Source: Chiloscyllium plagiosum (lineage: Eukaryota). Taken from it: DNA of 64,000 bases. Location of the stretch: positions 24,808,750-24,872,749 of the forward strand of contig NC_057719.1 of the NCBI RefSeq assembly GCF_004010195.1, read 5' to 3'. This document shows positions 61,460-64,000 of the stretch, in pieces (the stretch's first letter is position 1; every line of letters starts with the position of its first letter). Under the pieces are notes generated by a model. The model saw only the letters and a list, made by a program, of their open reading frames with translations. It had not been told where the DNA came from and did not search any database. The translations under genes and the position numbers were made by a program.

Positions 61460-62037
61460 ATAGATTCCCCACAGTGTGGAAACAGGCCCTTCGGCCCAAC
61501 AAGTCCACCATGCCCCTCTGAAGACTATGAGGAGAAAGTGAGGTCTGCAGATGCTGGAGATCAGAGCTGGAAATGTGTTGCTGGAAAAGCGCAGCAGGTC
61601 AGGCAGCATCCAGGGAACAGGAGAATCGACGTTTCGGGCATAAGCCCTTCTTCACTTTTGTGGGACTGCTGAAGAAGGGCTTATGCCCGAAACGTCGATT
61701 CTCCTGTTCCCTGGATGCTGCCTGACCTGCTGCGCTTTTCCAGCAAAACATTTCCCTCTGAAGACTAACCCATCCAGACCCATTCCTCACCCTTACGTTT
61801 ATCCCTGACTAATGCACCTAACCTATACATCCCTGAACACTATGGGCAATTCAGCATGGCCAATTCACCTAACCTGCACATGTTTGGATTGCGGGAAGAA
61901 ACCAGAGCACCCAGAGGAAACCTATGCAGACACAAGGAGAACATGCAAACTCCAGACAGACAGTCGCCAGAGGCTGGAATTGAACCTGGGTCCCTGATGC
62001 TGTGAGACAGCAGTGCTAACCACTGAGCCACCATGCC
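61460..62037 (-). mobile_element. HE1-like V-SINE interrupted by a family A mini-PLE
   Basis: A/B boxes at about 61975-62032; V-domain; tail at 61460-61527. Confidence 0.85.
61528..61753. mobile_element. Family A fold-back mini-PLE (young)
   Basis: 86-bp arms 61569-61654/61670-61755 (1 mismatch); 14-bp TSD CCCTCTGAAGACTA (61514-61527/61754-61767); core CTGAAGA-AGGGCTTATGCCC-GAAACGTC at 61669-61696. Confidence 0.88.
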
Positions 62038-63736
62038 GTTTGCAGCAGATGATAGCAGGATCACAACAGTGGTCTAGTCAAAGCTAGCAGATAATGGCTA
62101 AATCTGTTATTCAGCATGAGTGATTTACAAAAGTGATCAGAGATGCCTTATTGAAATTGATAAGGCGGGACTGTCAAGACTACATGAAATGGCAAGGCCA
62201 AATCTGTGGCCATGAATGTGGTTTAGGGATATTACATGGAGAGAAATTTCAAAAAGACAAGCAGGTGGGAAATTCACAGTGGAAGGTACACGATAAAATC
62301 ATCTAGGATAAGAAATTATTTGGTGCAAAAGCTGGAGAGGAAAGCAGTGTGGAAATATTTTAATTGCACTTGGGAGTACAATGAAGAATAAGGATTTTAA
62401 AGAGATGTGAGATACGTGTTGAATAAGGTGAGAAATGTAAATGATAAGAAAGTGACAGAAGAACTGAGAGAATGAGGCCAAAGGTGTGACCTGAGATCTG
62501 ATAGCCACTGTGATAGTCTTGGCGAGGTAAATATAAAAGATGCAGCCAGTGGGCTAGATGTCCTCACCCCACAGGTTGGTTTCTGTTAATGTCATGGTGT
62601 TAGAGCAATCTGTCAAAAATAAGTTCATTAATGGTAAAGGCTCTGCTACAAGTCACTGCACTTTTTGGATGGTAATTTGTAGAGGGCTGGTAAGAGAAGA
62701 TCTGCTGGCAGAATCCACAAGGTCAGTGGAAGACAAATTGGACAGGAAGAAAATTGACAAGGTTACTCCTTTCTGGATTGACTGACAGCAAGACTGTCAA
62801 GAAAGTATGATGGAGCAATTTGTGTTTTTGCTCAATACAGAGTACCTCAAACCTCATTGAAGAATGCCAAGTCAGGCAGAAAAGGAATCTGTAGGCTTAA
62901 TCAAGAGAGAATTGAGCTTACAGCAACAAGACAGCAGAAAGTCAAGGAATGATATAATGAAGAGAATTGAGAAATGAAAGGAAGCACAACAACATAAGGG
63001 AATCTAAAAAGGACAAAAAGCAATTAAATAGAAAAAAATGCAAATAGTGTAATGGGCTCATGAATTAATATGCCTTCTCTTTTGTATTACAACACTTTTT
63101 GAACTGAGATATCAATCAATCTCAAGATACCTGATGGCAGAGAGAAACATTTGCACCTGCAAAAAAATTTTGATAAGGACTTCATTTGAACCAGCTCTAA
63201 TGATTTTGTTACCTTGGGGAGCCATTACTTTATTTTTAAATCTTGTACCTCTATACTCCTGTTTTGTTTGACAACAAAATGTGCATGATTGTGTGAAGTA
63301 CTGCATGAAGCTCCTTCTACAACATTGATTCTGTGAAATTCTGCACCAAAGTTGACTCAAATACATTTAATCAGAGCTATTAATGTTGATTAAATTATAA
63401 CTTGCTTTTGGCTTTATAAAACAGTAAGTCAGTGTTTTGGACACAAGCAGCCTTGGACTGCAGTTGCAATAAAATTCAGCCCTATGTTCTGTTGTATTCC
63501 TTTTACTGTTAAATATTGAGCCTCTTTTCTAAACAATAGGATTTGCTGTTTCACATTTAATTGCCTGAAACACCGAGAAATTCATGAAAGCATGTCACAG
63601 CATAAGTACAGTCTGCAGCCTGGTGATCAAACAAACTATTGCATGATGGGATGAGCTGGCAGAAGTGCATCAATCAACCATGAGATGAAAAGCACAACCA
63701 CTGGAAAATTTCCACCAAATTAAAAACTGGTCTTAC

Positions 63737-63765
63737 CTTCTTCTGACAAATAGCCGAAATTTCAG
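63737..63765 (-). CDS. UNC79: UNC79 coding microexon (29 nt), (A)EISAICQKK
   Basis: tttacag|CTGAAATTTCGGCTATTTGTCAGAAGAAG|gtaag; matches the recalled vertebrate UNC79 segment AEISAICQKK; ends phase 0, joining NCSSH of the next exon. Confidence 0.9.
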
Positions 63766-64000
63766 CTGTAAAGGTGAACATATGCAATGAATCAAAATGA
63801 AAAGTATTTTGTAATCATTGCTGGGAACTGGTCTCCGCAAAACTTATACTTTCTGCAAATAAATATATCAATGGCAATAATTTCAATTTTTTAATGAAGA
63901 AAGCAGAAGTAAGGACAAAACTGGTGTAAAACAACACCCAGACTATTTAACACTGATTAACAATGGGACCTATTTAAACATTCAAACATTTTGATTGTGC

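Noticed and set aside
1..64000. CRISPR arrays, operons, U12-type introns
   Set aside because: Eukaryotic intronic DNA with no repeat-spacer arrays; all donors are U2-type GT and none match GTATCCTT

Overview
Vertebrate genomic DNA, almost certainly an elasmobranch (shark). This is inferred from HE1-type V-SINEs and abundant CR1, L2 and Penelope-like repeats. The whole window lies inside the UNC79 gene (auxiliary subunit of the NALCN sodium-leak channelosome) on the minus strand. I resolve 15 internal coding exons (63765 down to 1810, 2472 nt), all GT-AG, with consistent phases and no stops when spliced. The introns are packed with nested retroelements: CR1 LINEs (one near full length with zinc-finger/SGNH-esterase ORF1, one 5'-inverted), Penelope-like elements (PLEs) of two clades, a SCAN-type Gypsy gag remnant, V-SINEs, a DeuSINE-like SINE and Tigger-like MITEs. 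An 891-nt N gap lies at 5579-6469. The most striking unexplained structure is about 15 short (90-360 nt) insertions made almost only of PLE pseudo-LTR sequence. Most carry a minimal hammerhead-ribozyme core (CUGANGA-stem II-GAAA), most have 7-17 bp target-site duplications, and several are near-perfect 79-91 bp fold-back hairpins. Family names come from motif recognition, not database searches.
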